Part shown: piece by piece, positions 55,862 to 64,000 of the stretch | Numbering within the stretch: the first letter of the stretch is position 1 | How the letters are laid out: each line of letters starts with the position of its first letter | Source of the DNA: Candidatus Terrybacteria bacterium RIFCSPHIGHO2_01_FULL_48_17 | GTDB lineage: Bacteria; Patescibacteriota; Minisyncoccia; Terrybacterales; 2-01-FULL-58-14 | Reading direction: 5' to 3' | Assembly: GCA_001822835.1 (NCBI GenBank) | Contig: MHSS01000005.1 | Coordinates: 1,719-65,718, forward strand | DNA length: 64,000 bases | Notes under the pieces: model-generated | Told to the model about the DNA's origin: nothing | The model's database searches: none | The model's input: the letters and a program-made list of their open reading frames with translations, nothing else | Translations under genes and position numbers: made by a program

Positions 55862-56820
55862 GTAAGCGCAAGGACCATAAGATGCTCAATGAATGATGGA
55901 AACGAAAACCCAATGGCGCGAGCTTGTTTTGGAATAATGGACTCGGGCGTAAGTCCCGGCAAGGTGTTCAGTTCAAGAATATAGGGAACATCATTGCGTA
56001 AAAACATATCAATGCGAGCATAGTGACGACACCCCAGGGCTCTGAATGCCTCAAGCGCTGTCTGCTGAATTGCTCGTGTAACATCTCCGCTAAAGGGTGC
56101 TGGCGTAATTTCCTCGGTTGTCCCAGAATATTTCGCCTCGTAATCAAAAAAGCCATTTTCCAATGGAGGAACGATAAGCGTTGGCGGAAGCGCGTAGGGA
56201 TACCCCGCAGGATATTCCAAGACACCGCATGAAATTTCTGGGCCGTCCAAATACTCCTCAACTATCACGCGCCTATCAAAAGCACGAGCTATTGCTAACG
56301 CGTGGACAAGCGCATCTTCATGTTCCACGACGGAAACACCAACTGACGATCCGCGGCTGCGAGGTTTTACCACCCAAGGGAGTGGCCCAAGTTGCCGTAG
56401 GGCATCCACCAATATTTCTCTATTAGTCATCGAATCGCCTACCGCAATCGCCTCGGGCACAGAAAGGTGTTTCGATAAAAATAAATCCCGGCTTATGAAT
56501 TTATCCATTCCGAAAGCGGATGCTATCGGACCAGAACCCGTATATGGAATATCGTAGTGCTCAAAAATTGCCTGAATGCGCCCATCTTCTCCCCATTCCC
56601 CGTGTAGGGCAACAAATACTACGTCTGCTCCCCCGAATGCCCGAACCAAATCCATCTTCCTCTCGCCTCTGAACATTTCGCGTTCGTTTTGAATCAAAAC
56701 CGGCCATGCGCGATGGCCCAGCACCCTAAGATTTCTAAGCACCGCGTTTCCGGTTTCTAAGGAAATTTCGTGCTCTGCGGAAGGCCCGCCCATAAGTACG
56801 GCAATGTTTTTGGACTGCAT
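55858..56820 (-). CDS. ddl: D-alanine--D-alanine ligase (ATP-grasp)
   Basis: N-terminal IAVLMGGPSAEHEISL, HGEWGEDG, ATP-grasp core, and the C-terminal YILELNTLPG motif. Confidence 0.85.
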   Translation of the reverse strand: MQSKNIAVLMGGPSAEHEISLETGNAVLRNLRVLGHRAWPVLIQNEREMFRGERKMDLVRAFGGADVVFVALHGEWGEDGRIQAIFEHYDIPYTGSGPIASAFGMDKFISRDLFLSKHLSVPEAIAVGDSMTNREILVDALRQLGPLPWVVKPRSRGSSVGVSVVEHEDALVHALAIARAFDRRVIVEEYLDGPEISCGVLEYPAGYPYALPPTLIVPPLENGFFDYEAKYSGTTEEITPAPFSGDVTRAIQQTALEAFRALGCRHYARIDMFLRNDVPYILELNTLPGLTPESIIPKQARAIGFSFPSFIEHLMVLALT

Positions 56821-56852
56821 ACTGTTTTAGTGTAGCAGGCAAGGAATGATCT

Positions 56853-57911
56853 TTAAAGACGGGTTTTTAGAAACCAGAGCAACAATACCCCAAATCCTAC
56901 CGCCAAAACCAAGGCCTTAAGATAAACGGGAAGAAAAATAGCAGCAACAGCAAAGAGAAATGAGGTTCCGGCAAAAAAAATCATCACGGACCAATCTCCC
57001 CACCCTTTTTGTTTCAGCCAAAAATGAAAATGGCGCGTGTCTGGCAAAACCAATGGCGCCTTTTCTCGTAAACGCAAAAACAGCACAAAAGCCATATCCG
57101 CTGCTGGCAACACAAGCGCAAGTCCGGCCGTCGCCACCTTTGCCCCAGCCACTACCGCAAAGCTCGCGATAAGAAACCCAATACCCATGGCGCCGGAAGT
57201 ACCCAAGAAGAGTTTGGCAGGGGGAAGATTAAATGGCAGCAAACCCAAAATTCCTCCGGCAACGAGGGCGGCTAAAATAGCAATTGCCGGCTGCATGATA
57301 TCGGCGCGCAAACTTAATAGAGCCAACGCGCTTAATGCCAAAAGACCAATGGTTGAGGCAACACCATCTGATCCGTCAAACCAATTAAAAGCATTAATAA
57401 CGCCCAAGATCCACACGGTCGTAACCAAAGCCCCTAAGACCGGAATAGTACACGACGCCTCTCCGCATTCCAAAAAAGGGTTGGCGATACGAATAACGGA
57501 AAGATCAATCGCCCCCCCAAAAGGGTTGTTCACGTACTCAAGTGATGCGCCACCCAAAACAACAAATGCTGCAGCCAAACCTTGCCCCATAAGTTCGACC
57601 CACCACGGCAGCGAACGGACGTCGTCGATCATTCCCATAACGACTAACACGAGAAAACCGATTACGATTGCAATAATTTTGGACGTTAACACAAGCTCCG
57701 GATAGATTAACACGCCCACGAGAAAAGCTATTGCTATTGCAATCCCGCCCCACAATGGCACTGGTTGTTTATGTTCATGGCGTCCGCCAGGAAAGCGGAC
57801 CGCCTTTGCTTTTTTGGCAACCCGTACAATAACGAAAGATGCGATAAAAGAAAAAAATGCTGCACCAAATATTGCAGGAAAAATCCAGCGCACTATGCCC
57901 TCAAAAAACAT
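56853..57911 (-). CDS. GT4-family polyprenyl-phosphate hexose-1-phosphate transferase (WecA/TagO/MraY paralogue)
   Basis: NAFNWFDGSDGVA motif and 10-11 TM helices. It lacks the MraY-specific HHHFE (it has TRHFHFW instead). Confidence 0.7.
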   Translation of the reverse strand: MFFEGIVRWIFPAIFGAAFFSFIASFVIVRVAKKAKAVRFPGGRHEHKQPVPLWGGIAIAIAFLVGVLIYPELVLTSKIIAIVIGFLVLVVMGMIDDVRSLPWWVELMGQGLAAAFVVLGGASLEYVNNPFGGAIDLSVIRIANPFLECGEASCTIPVLGALVTTVWILGVINAFNWFDGSDGVASTIGLLALSALALLSLRADIMQPAIAILAALVAGGILGLLPFNLPPAKLFLGTSGAMGIGFLIASFAVVAGAKVATAGLALVLPAADMAFVLFLRLREKAPLVLPDTRHFHFWLKQKGWGDWSVMIFFAGTSFLFAVAAIFLPVYLKALVLAVGFGVLLLWFLKTRL

Positions 57912-57919
57912 AACTGCAA

Positions 57920-58264
57920 CTAAATAATTCTATTAAACTCAAAAAGCACAAAAATGATAAATCCTAATGTTGCTTGAAGAACTAAAAGGAATACCAAAAA
58001 TACGTATGAGAGTTGCGGATATTTTTCTAATGCGAAAAAGGCGATAATGCTATGTAGCAAAAAAAACAGAGCTGCCACGGTAGGAAAAATAAAAAAGTGG
58101 GAGCGCGTTCCCAAAAACGTTACTCCCTCCTGGAATGAAAACTGAAGCGTGTACTGTCCCTCGGTTTCCGGCACATAATGAAACACCGCCCACCACAATA
58201 GCACGTTAAACGCGAACGAAATTGCAAGCAATGCCGTAAAAATAGGATGCCGTAAAAAAGCCAT
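57920..58264 (-). CDS. hypothetical small membrane protein
   Basis: Three to four TM helices. Confidence 0.35.
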   Translation of the reverse strand: MAFLRHPIFTALLAISFAFNVLLWWAVFHYVPETEGQYTLQFSFQEGVTFLGTRSHFFIFPTVAALFFLLHSIIAFFALEKYPQLSYVFLVFLLVLQATLGFIIFVLFEFNRII

Positions 58265-58269
58265 AGCAC

Positions 58270-59469
58270 TTAGGATGACCGATCATCGTTGAGCATAGCA
58301 AGAAGAGCACCAGAGGCCCATGCCTGGGGATTGCCTATGCGATGTTTCACGGAACTTGTGCCGACATAAATATCCGGAGAAATCTCTTGTGTTTGAGGAT
58401 CTACTGCATAAAGCTCCGGAATAATTCCGTTTAACGCAGAAAAAGCGGCGCACATTGCCTCTTTTACCTTTTTTGCCTCCCTAAAGCGCTTCGTTTCCCG
58501 CAAACCAAGCCAGAAAAACCAATTGTCATGCGGCCATACCGACCCACGATGGTAGCTCTGCCACGCAAACGAGGGCTCGGAAACCGCAAGTGTGCGCATG
58601 CCGTATTTTGTCCAAAGATCAGCAGAAAATACCTTTGAAATAATCATTTCCTCATCCGCCTTGGAAATAAGTCCCGCGAATAAAAGATGAGAGGGGTTTG
58701 AGGTTACCCAAGGAAGTTGTGCGCCATTTCCGTCGAGTGCATAGGCAAAATAATCAGACATTATATAAGCATTTCGAAAATTCTTCTGAAGCGTCCGGGA
58801 ACGCTCTTGTGCCCATACGCACCAGGTGTGCGCGCGATTTCCCGTCAGGCGAGCAGCCGCCTGAAGCGCAGCATACGCATATCCCTGTACTTCCACAGGG
58901 GCTATCGGCTGTGTGATGGCGCCAAACTCGTCGGAATCTTTCCACGCTTGATGTTGCAGGGCGATGGGATTATGCGCGCGGTAATCAAAGAAACCATCGC
59001 CATCAGAATCTGCATATTCTTTAATCCAAGAAAGAGCGCGCAAAAGATGCGACCACAATCTACGAAGCAATGCATCATCATGTGTCTGCGCATAATATCT
59101 CTCAAGAACAATGATCCATAAAAATGTCGCGTCAACACTCCCAAAATACGGCTGGCCCCACCCAAACGTTACCAGAGATTTTTGTACAAAACGCACCCAC
59201 ATTTGCCATGGTTCATAATATTCATGCAAGATTTTTCCCGGCTCCTCTTCGCTTTTATGGTTAACCCGCTTTCCTTGAAGTGTTGCGAGTTTTACAAGAG
59301 TTTTTTGTGCAATACGAGGGTCGTGTGCCAACAGCTCCCAGGCAACAATTAAACTATCCCTTCCAAAAAGGCCCGGAAAGTTGGGATAACCCGCCCGAAT
59401 ATACCCTGCGGGCGCACGAAGTGCACGGATATGTTGCTCGAGTTTCTTTTTTATTAATTCTTCATTCAT
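58270..59469 (-). CDS. GDE_C-like six-hairpin glycosidase (amylo-alpha-1,6-glucosidase family)
   Basis: PGLFGRDSLI, acidic catalytic-type residues and an (alpha/alpha)6-like length. Confidence 0.55.
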   Translation of the reverse strand: MNEELIKKKLEQHIRALRAPAGYIRAGYPNFPGLFGRDSLIVAWELLAHDPRIAQKTLVKLATLQGKRVNHKSEEEPGKILHEYYEPWQMWVRFVQKSLVTFGWGQPYFGSVDATFLWIIVLERYYAQTHDDALLRRLWSHLLRALSWIKEYADSDGDGFFDYRAHNPIALQHQAWKDSDEFGAITQPIAPVEVQGYAYAALQAAARLTGNRAHTWCVWAQERSRTLQKNFRNAYIMSDYFAYALDGNGAQLPWVTSNPSHLLFAGLISKADEEMIISKVFSADLWTKYGMRTLAVSEPSFAWQSYHRGSVWPHDNWFFWLGLRETKRFREAKKVKEAMCAAFSALNGIIPELYAVDPQTQEISPDIYVGTSSVKHRIGNPQAWASGALLAMLNDDRSS

Positions 59470-62137
59470 GACGATCGGTGCGCAACCACGGGATACGCGG
59501 TGCGAAAAATTTTACGATTTCAATGGCAAGCACATTTAATAATCCAAGTTCTAAAATAAGCCCCCACTGCCAAAATGCTAAGGGGGCGGTATGCAACAAA
59601 TCCTGCAAAACGGGAACGTAAACAGCCGCAAGGATGGCTGCCATACCAAAGGCCACCGCAGCAACCATCCATTGGTTACGGAAAGGATTCATGCGCCATA
59701 TCGGTATACGCAGACCACGTATTGAAAAAATAGTGAGCATTGCGTTTGAGCCAAGCGTTGCAAACATAATGGTTCGAACTTGCTCCACGGGCAGCTGCCC
59801 GTGGAGCCAGATGAACATTGCCAAAAGCCCCAGATCACGCAAAATACCTACCGCAAGGATAATCGCAAGCATCTCTCTATTTAAAATAGGGTCGGACGCC
59901 TTGCGAGGTTTGCGTTGCATAATATCTTTTTCCGCTTTCTCAAATGCAAGCGTAAAAGCAGGAGGAGAATCCTCTACCAAATTTACAAAGAGGATCTGTG
60001 CTGCAAGAACGGGAAGGTCTTTCACGAATAGCAAGCCCCCTAAAACCAAAATTACTTCTGTGGTAGCGTCGGCGAGGAGATATAAAACTACTTTTCGGAT
60101 ATTATCAAAAATTCTCCGTCCCTCACGGATAGCTGCGATAATTGTGGCGAAATTGTTATCAAGAACTACGAGCTCGGCCGTCTGCTTTGCCACGTCCGTA
60201 CCAGCACCCACCGTAACCCCGATGTGTGCCGCCTTGAGAGCCGGCGCATCATTAATGCCGTCGCCAGTCATTGCAACAATATGCCCCACGCGTTTCAGTA
60301 CTTCAACGATGCGCAATTTCTGATGCGGGACTGTGCGCGCAAAAATTACGGCTTTGCCGATATGTTCGATCAGCGCCTCGTCTGATAATTGCTCAAGCTG
60401 CCCTCCGTCAATCACGGCTGCCTCATGATCGTGGATAAGCCCAACCTTGCGCGCAACCGACGAAGCAGTCAGGGCATTGTCTCCCGTAATCAAAACCGCT
60501 TTAACGCCTGCTTGTTGCGCCTCGCGCAATGCGGCAGATACGCCCTCTCGTATCGGATCTTCGAGGGCTATGAAACCAAGGAACGTAAGGTCCGACACCA
60601 TCTCTCCAAGAGCGGAAAAGGAATCAACAGTACGCGCCACTTTGCGCTTTGCGACAGCGATTAGTCGCATACCGGCAGAGGACAATTCGTTGTGCTTACG
60701 CGTAAGCGCTGCGCGGCCCTGGTCAGAAAGCACAACCGATTCCGTTTTATGCCGGGCACAGGAAGATGCGGCAATGATTTTTTCGGCAGCGCCTTTGATA
60801 AAAAATGACGTCGTTGCATCCTTCTCCTTAACTAATGCCGCGACGAATTTGTTGTCTGCATCAAACGGTATTAAATCAAGCACCCTTTGTTTTCTTTCAT
60901 CAATCAACCGATGAAGGCCCGCTGCAAGGCCGGCCTCCAAAATTGCCGCGTCAGTCGGCTCGCCTACAATTTTTCCTGCCTCGTGTTCCTTAGGAGATTG
61001 ACCCTCGGCGATCCAGGCCTCATTTGCATAAATAGCTGCCTCAAGCACGGCAAAACGTCCTTCATTATCTGTAGCATCGGCAGGAAAAACTTCGCTAACG
61101 CGCATGCGTCCTTCGGTTATGGTGCCGGTTTTGTCTACACAAATTACGGTTACAGCGCCAAGGGTTTCGGCGGCCTGGAGTCGGCGGACTAAAGCCCCCC
61201 TACGCAAAAGCTGCACCATCCCGATCGCTAAAATCATGGTAACCGCCACAATCAATCCTTCTGGAACCGCTGCAACTGCGACCGCAACACTTGTGGTAAA
61301 CATGACATCAAACGGCAGCCCGGTACTTACACCCAAAGCCAACGTTGCCAAAGAAAGCACGAATACCCCACCGGTAATTGCGCGCGCAAGTCCGCCCAAG
61401 CGCTTTTCCAAAGGCGTTGTTTCGTCCGGAACTGATCCTAAAGATGCGGCGATCTTTCCAAACTCGGTTGCAATCCCTGTGGCCACAACCACTCCGCGCA
61501 CATAGCCGCGCGTTAATGCGGTGCCCATAAAAAGGATGTTCGTGCGCGCAGAAACGGAAATGCCCGGCGCAAGCGTATCGGTATTTTTATCAACAAAAGC
61601 CGACTCACCGGTGAGTACCGCCTCGTTTGCCGCTGCGGCTTTTGATTCAAGAATCCGGATATCGGCAGGAATACGCTCGCCCGCCGAAACGATAACGATA
61701 TCTCCAGGCACCAGCGCCTCTGCGGCAACTTCTTCCGGACGCCCGGAACGCTGCGCCATTGCATGAAAACGTATCACCTGCGCAAGTTTTTCGAGCGCCC
61801 GTTCAGCTTTAAACTCTTGGAGAAAACCAAAAATGATATTGATACACACGGCAGCACTGATAACGACAGCATCAATATGGTCCCCCAACAAAAACGCTAT
61901 GCCTGCGGCAATGGCTAAAATAATGGTGAACATACCGCGTGCCTGGCGTACTGCCAGCGCCAAAACACCCGGTCGTTTTGATTCAGGAAAAGTGTTTGCG
62001 CCGAATGTTTTTTGCCGCAAGGCGACCTCCTCGGAAGAAAGACCTTCGGGGCGCGTATGAAGTTGCTTTAATAGCTCTGCTGCTCCTATGCTATGCCAAG
62101 GAGAATCTTTGTTTATTGGAGGGATCGTGACAACCAT
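59462..62137 (-). CDS. cation-transporting P-type ATPase (type II, Ca2+/Mg2+-like)
   Basis: TGES, phosphorylation site CVDKTGTITEG, and hinge MTGDGINDAPALKAA. 891 aa with 10 TM helices. Confidence 0.9.
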   Translation of the reverse strand: MVVTIPPINKDSPWHSIGAAELLKQLHTRPEGLSSEEVALRQKTFGANTFPESKRPGVLALAVRQARGMFTIILAIAAGIAFLLGDHIDAVVISAAVCINIIFGFLQEFKAERALEKLAQVIRFHAMAQRSGRPEEVAAEALVPGDIVIVSAGERIPADIRILESKAAAANEAVLTGESAFVDKNTDTLAPGISVSARTNILFMGTALTRGYVRGVVVATGIATEFGKIAASLGSVPDETTPLEKRLGGLARAITGGVFVLSLATLALGVSTGLPFDVMFTTSVAVAVAAVPEGLIVAVTMILAIGMVQLLRRGALVRRLQAAETLGAVTVICVDKTGTITEGRMRVSEVFPADATDNEGRFAVLEAAIYANEAWIAEGQSPKEHEAGKIVGEPTDAAILEAGLAAGLHRLIDERKQRVLDLIPFDADNKFVAALVKEKDATTSFFIKGAAEKIIAASSCARHKTESVVLSDQGRAALTRKHNELSSAGMRLIAVAKRKVARTVDSFSALGEMVSDLTFLGFIALEDPIREGVSAALREAQQAGVKAVLITGDNALTASSVARKVGLIHDHEAAVIDGGQLEQLSDEALIEHIGKAVIFARTVPHQKLRIVEVLKRVGHIVAMTGDGINDAPALKAAHIGVTVGAGTDVAKQTAELVVLDNNFATIIAAIREGRRIFDNIRKVVLYLLADATTEVILVLGGLLFVKDLPVLAAQILFVNLVEDSPPAFTLAFEKAEKDIMQRKPRKASDPILNREMLAIILAVGILRDLGLLAMFIWLHGQLPVEQVRTIMFATLGSNAMLTIFSIRGLRIPIWRMNPFRNQWMVAAVAFGMAAILAAVYVPVLQDLLHTAPLAFWQWGLILELGLLNVLAIEIVKFFAPRIPWLRTDRHE

Positions 62138-62162
62138 TCTTCTGGTATTGTAGCATGTTTAT

Positions 62163-63002
62163 ATGGTGAAAAAGCTTCTTGGAGGACGCTTTATCGCAGG
62201 GACCAAGAGACAAGATGCAACGTGGGTAGCGCACAAACTCGCGCAAACCGGGTTGGCACCTATTGTAAATATTTTGGGGGAACATGCGGATCGAAAAGAT
62301 GCGGCCAATGCTGCAAGAAACGAATATGAAAATCTGATTCAGGAACTGCGCGTCGTTCCCAATGCACGGATAGCGCTTAAGCCATCGCTTATTGGGGCTC
62401 TTATTTCGCCAGAAATACTTTACGAAAATTTTGGGATGCTTGCGCGCACTGCAGCGCAAAATGGCGTTTCGCTCGAAGTTGATATCGAAGGAGAAACGCT
62501 TGCACACCATACATACGATCTTGCTCTTTTGGCGCGCAACCAACATCGGGTAAATACCCGCGCAGCAGTAGCGGTACGGCTTACGCAAGACCACGAAATA
62601 CAAAAACTTATTGCGGCTGGCATTCCTATACGACTTGTAAAAGGCGCCTACACAAACACCACGGACGCTTCGCGCAACAACAAAGAATATGTGCAAACAC
62701 GCTTTCAAAACCTTGCAAAAATCCTGTTGGAACAAGGTAAGCAGCCCGCCTTTGCAACACAAGACGCGGATCTTATCCACTTTGTAATCGAAGAGGCAAA
62801 ACGGATTGGCAAAGATTCCAATGATTTTGAAATACAGTTTTTGTTCGGCTTGCGTCAAAAAACAGCGCGGGCACTCTTGCGCGATGGCTGGCAGGTGGCT
62901 ATTTATCTACCCTACGGCAATGATTATTTTTCATACGCCATACGACGATGGCGCTATTTTTTCACCCGTCCCAACGATTTCCTCGCCGCATTTTTTGGGT
63001 AA
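62163..63002 (+). CDS. proline dehydrogenase (monofunctional PRODH)
   Basis: (beta/alpha)8 PRODH pattern with IRLVKGAY and C-terminal YLPYG...YFFTRP. Confidence 0.7.
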   Translation: MVKKLLGGRFIAGTKRQDATWVAHKLAQTGLAPIVNILGEHADRKDAANAARNEYENLIQELRVVPNARIALKPSLIGALISPEILYENFGMLARTAAQNGVSLEVDIEGETLAHHTYDLALLARNQHRVNTRAAVAVRLTQDHEIQKLIAAGIPIRLVKGAYTNTTDASRNNKEYVQTRFQNLAKILLEQGKQPAFATQDADLIHFVIEEAKRIGKDSNDFEIQFLFGLRQKTARALLRDGWQVAIYLPYGNDYFSYAIRRWRYFFTRPNDFLAAFFG

Positions 63003-63075
63003 GCCCCCACCAGCTTCTTGCAATCTATCGCAACCGGGTTGCGATAGATTATGAAAACCCCGACCGAAGTCGGGG

Positions 63076-63549
63076 TTATGTTTCTTTATGCACGGAAAGG
63101 TGCGTTGTCTTGCGCGTCTCCCAGAAAAATTCGATCCAGCCAAGACGTTCGCTCTTAAGCCGTTCCCAAAATAGCTCGTCGCACGGAATGAGGCATGTTG
63201 CCGGACGATACCATAACACCGCAACATGAAACGGCTTCAATATAATCAGAGTTTTTCCGGAATCCGCGATATCATCAACGACAAGAGTATGAGGACCAAT
63301 ACCGGCTTTGTCGAAAATCAGCGGAAGATTTAGTAAACCGCCAAGCACCCATGCAGGGATAAGACCTCCCGAAGGAATACCGTAAATATTCTTGATTTGA
63401 CGTTTTTGGTACGCCTTAGAACGTCTGACTTTTCCCGCAAGGCGTTTTAGGTCCCGCCATGTTGCCTCACGCGTGTAGGTATAGTGAACGTTTTTACAGA
63501 TGGCGCAACGAGGATGCCGCGCTTTACCCTGAGCCCTGTCGAAGGACAT
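63076..63549 (-). CDS. phosphoribosyltransferase-domain protein (ComF-like)
   Basis: PRT motif LVVDDIADSGKTL. An N-terminal CxxC is present. Confidence 0.45.
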   Translation of the reverse strand: MSFDRAQGKARHPRCAICKNVHYTYTREATWRDLKRLAGKVRRSKAYQKRQIKNIYGIPSGGLIPAWVLGGLLNLPLIFDKAGIGPHTLVVDDIADSGKTLIILKPFHVAVLWYRPATCLIPCDELFWERLKSERLGWIEFFWETRKTTHLSVHKET

Positions 63550-63551
63550 CG

Positions 63552-64000
63552 CTACTTCACCCTCGGGTTAAAAATTACCCGATGGGGCAACTCGGCAATG
63601 GTGCGCGCACCCACATAACTCATTTCGCTTCGCAACCAGCCAAGAAGATCATTAATGTATTTGGCAACCGGCCCTCTTGCAGGAATAAGATCCTCTCGCC
63701 CTTCGGTTGCTGCCGTAAGATTGTAGGCGTTTTTCACAAAACCCGCCTCTTTTAATCCCTGGAAAATACGCTTTGCCTCGCCCGAAGCCATGCCAAAGTG
63801 CTTCTTGTAACGAATGTTGTCGTCATCGTAAATAATTTCCCCGGGTGCCTCATCGGTACCTGCAAACAATGTTCCAATCATCACGGATGCGGCACCGGCA
63901 GAAAGCGCTTGCGTTAAATCCTGACCGTAGCGGATACCGCCATCAGCGATAACCGGAAGGTCATAAGAAAACGCGGCTTCTGCACAACGCAAGACAGCTG
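63552..64000 (-). CDS. guaB: inosine-5'-monophosphate dehydrogenase, C-terminal part (ORF continues beyond the window end)
   Basis: VIADGGIRYGQDLTQALSAGAASVMIGTLFAGTDEAPGE matches the IMPDH C-terminal barrel. Confidence 0.7.
   Translation of the reverse strand, partial: AVLRCAEAAFSYDLPVIADGGIRYGQDLTQALSAGAASVMIGTLFAGTDEAPGEIIYDDDNIRYKKHFGMASGEAKRIFQGLKEAGFVKNAYNLTAATEGREDLIPARGPVAKYINDLLGWLRSEMSYVGARTIAELPHRVIFNPRVK

Overview
This is a 64 kb bacterial chromosomal segment of about 50% GC. It mixes housekeeping genes with several accessory or repeat-rich patches. The main content by position is:

- **1-3.2 kb:** a dTMP-synthesis cluster (long-form thyX, tmk, dcd).
- **3.3-7.1 kb:** the rplK-nusG-secE block without rplA, then mltG and pcm.
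- **7.2-10.9 kb:** a standalone ClpA/B D2-type AAA+ ATPase next to a 689-aa HTH plus metallophosphoesterase protein.
- **11-13.3 kb:** pyrE, an NhaD/ArsB-type permease and an IscA/ErpA-type A-type Fe-S carrier.
- **13.4-14.2 kb:** a Peptidase_C39-like protein.
- **14.3-17.8 kb:** a MacAB-like ABC efflux operon.
- **18-23.9 kb:** secreted and membrane proteins, including a frameshifted bicupin.
- **24-28.1 kb:** an islet bounded by direct repeats next to tRNA-Trp, carrying a radC fragment, the AbiEi/AbiEii toxin-antitoxin pair, a DsrE-like protein and a Met-rich SHOCT protein. A GIY-YIG nuclease lies between tRNA-Trp and a degenerate tRNA-Trp copy.
- **28.4-34.6 kb:** rpmG, tRNA-Thr, a D-aminoacylase-like amidohydrolase, mraY and a SemiSWEET transporter. 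There is also a tRNA cluster (Ser, Ser, Arg) with orphan tRNA halves and a duplicated tRNA-Arg 3' end.
- **34.6-37.9 kb:** a hypothetical protein, recG, an RSH-type HD hydrolase.
- **38-39.6 kb:** a GT2 processive glycosyltransferase.
- **39.7-44.7 kb:** the prkA-yeaH-spoVR stress module.
- **44.8-46 kb:** a DnaQ-like exonuclease and a JAB/MPN protein.
- **46-57.9 kb:** a long minus-strand gene string. Reading from low to high coordinates it holds an FNR-like oxidoreductase, dacA-like, aspS, a response regulator with its histidine kinase, a hypothetical, a ThiF/E1-like enzyme, a SagB-type nitroreductase, a PaaK/CapK-like adenylating enzyme, ddl and a WecA-like GT4. The ThiF-like, SagB-type and PaaK/CapK-like genes are tightly coupled, and they are the best candidate for an undescribed modification or biosynthetic cassette.
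- **57.9-64 kb:** a small membrane protein, a GDE_C-like glycosidase, a P-type ATPase, proline dehydrogenase, a PRTase-domain protein and partial guaB.

Several short interspersed repeat families and MITE-like palindromes sit in intergenic regions. All calls rest on motif recognition by eye. No database searches were run.
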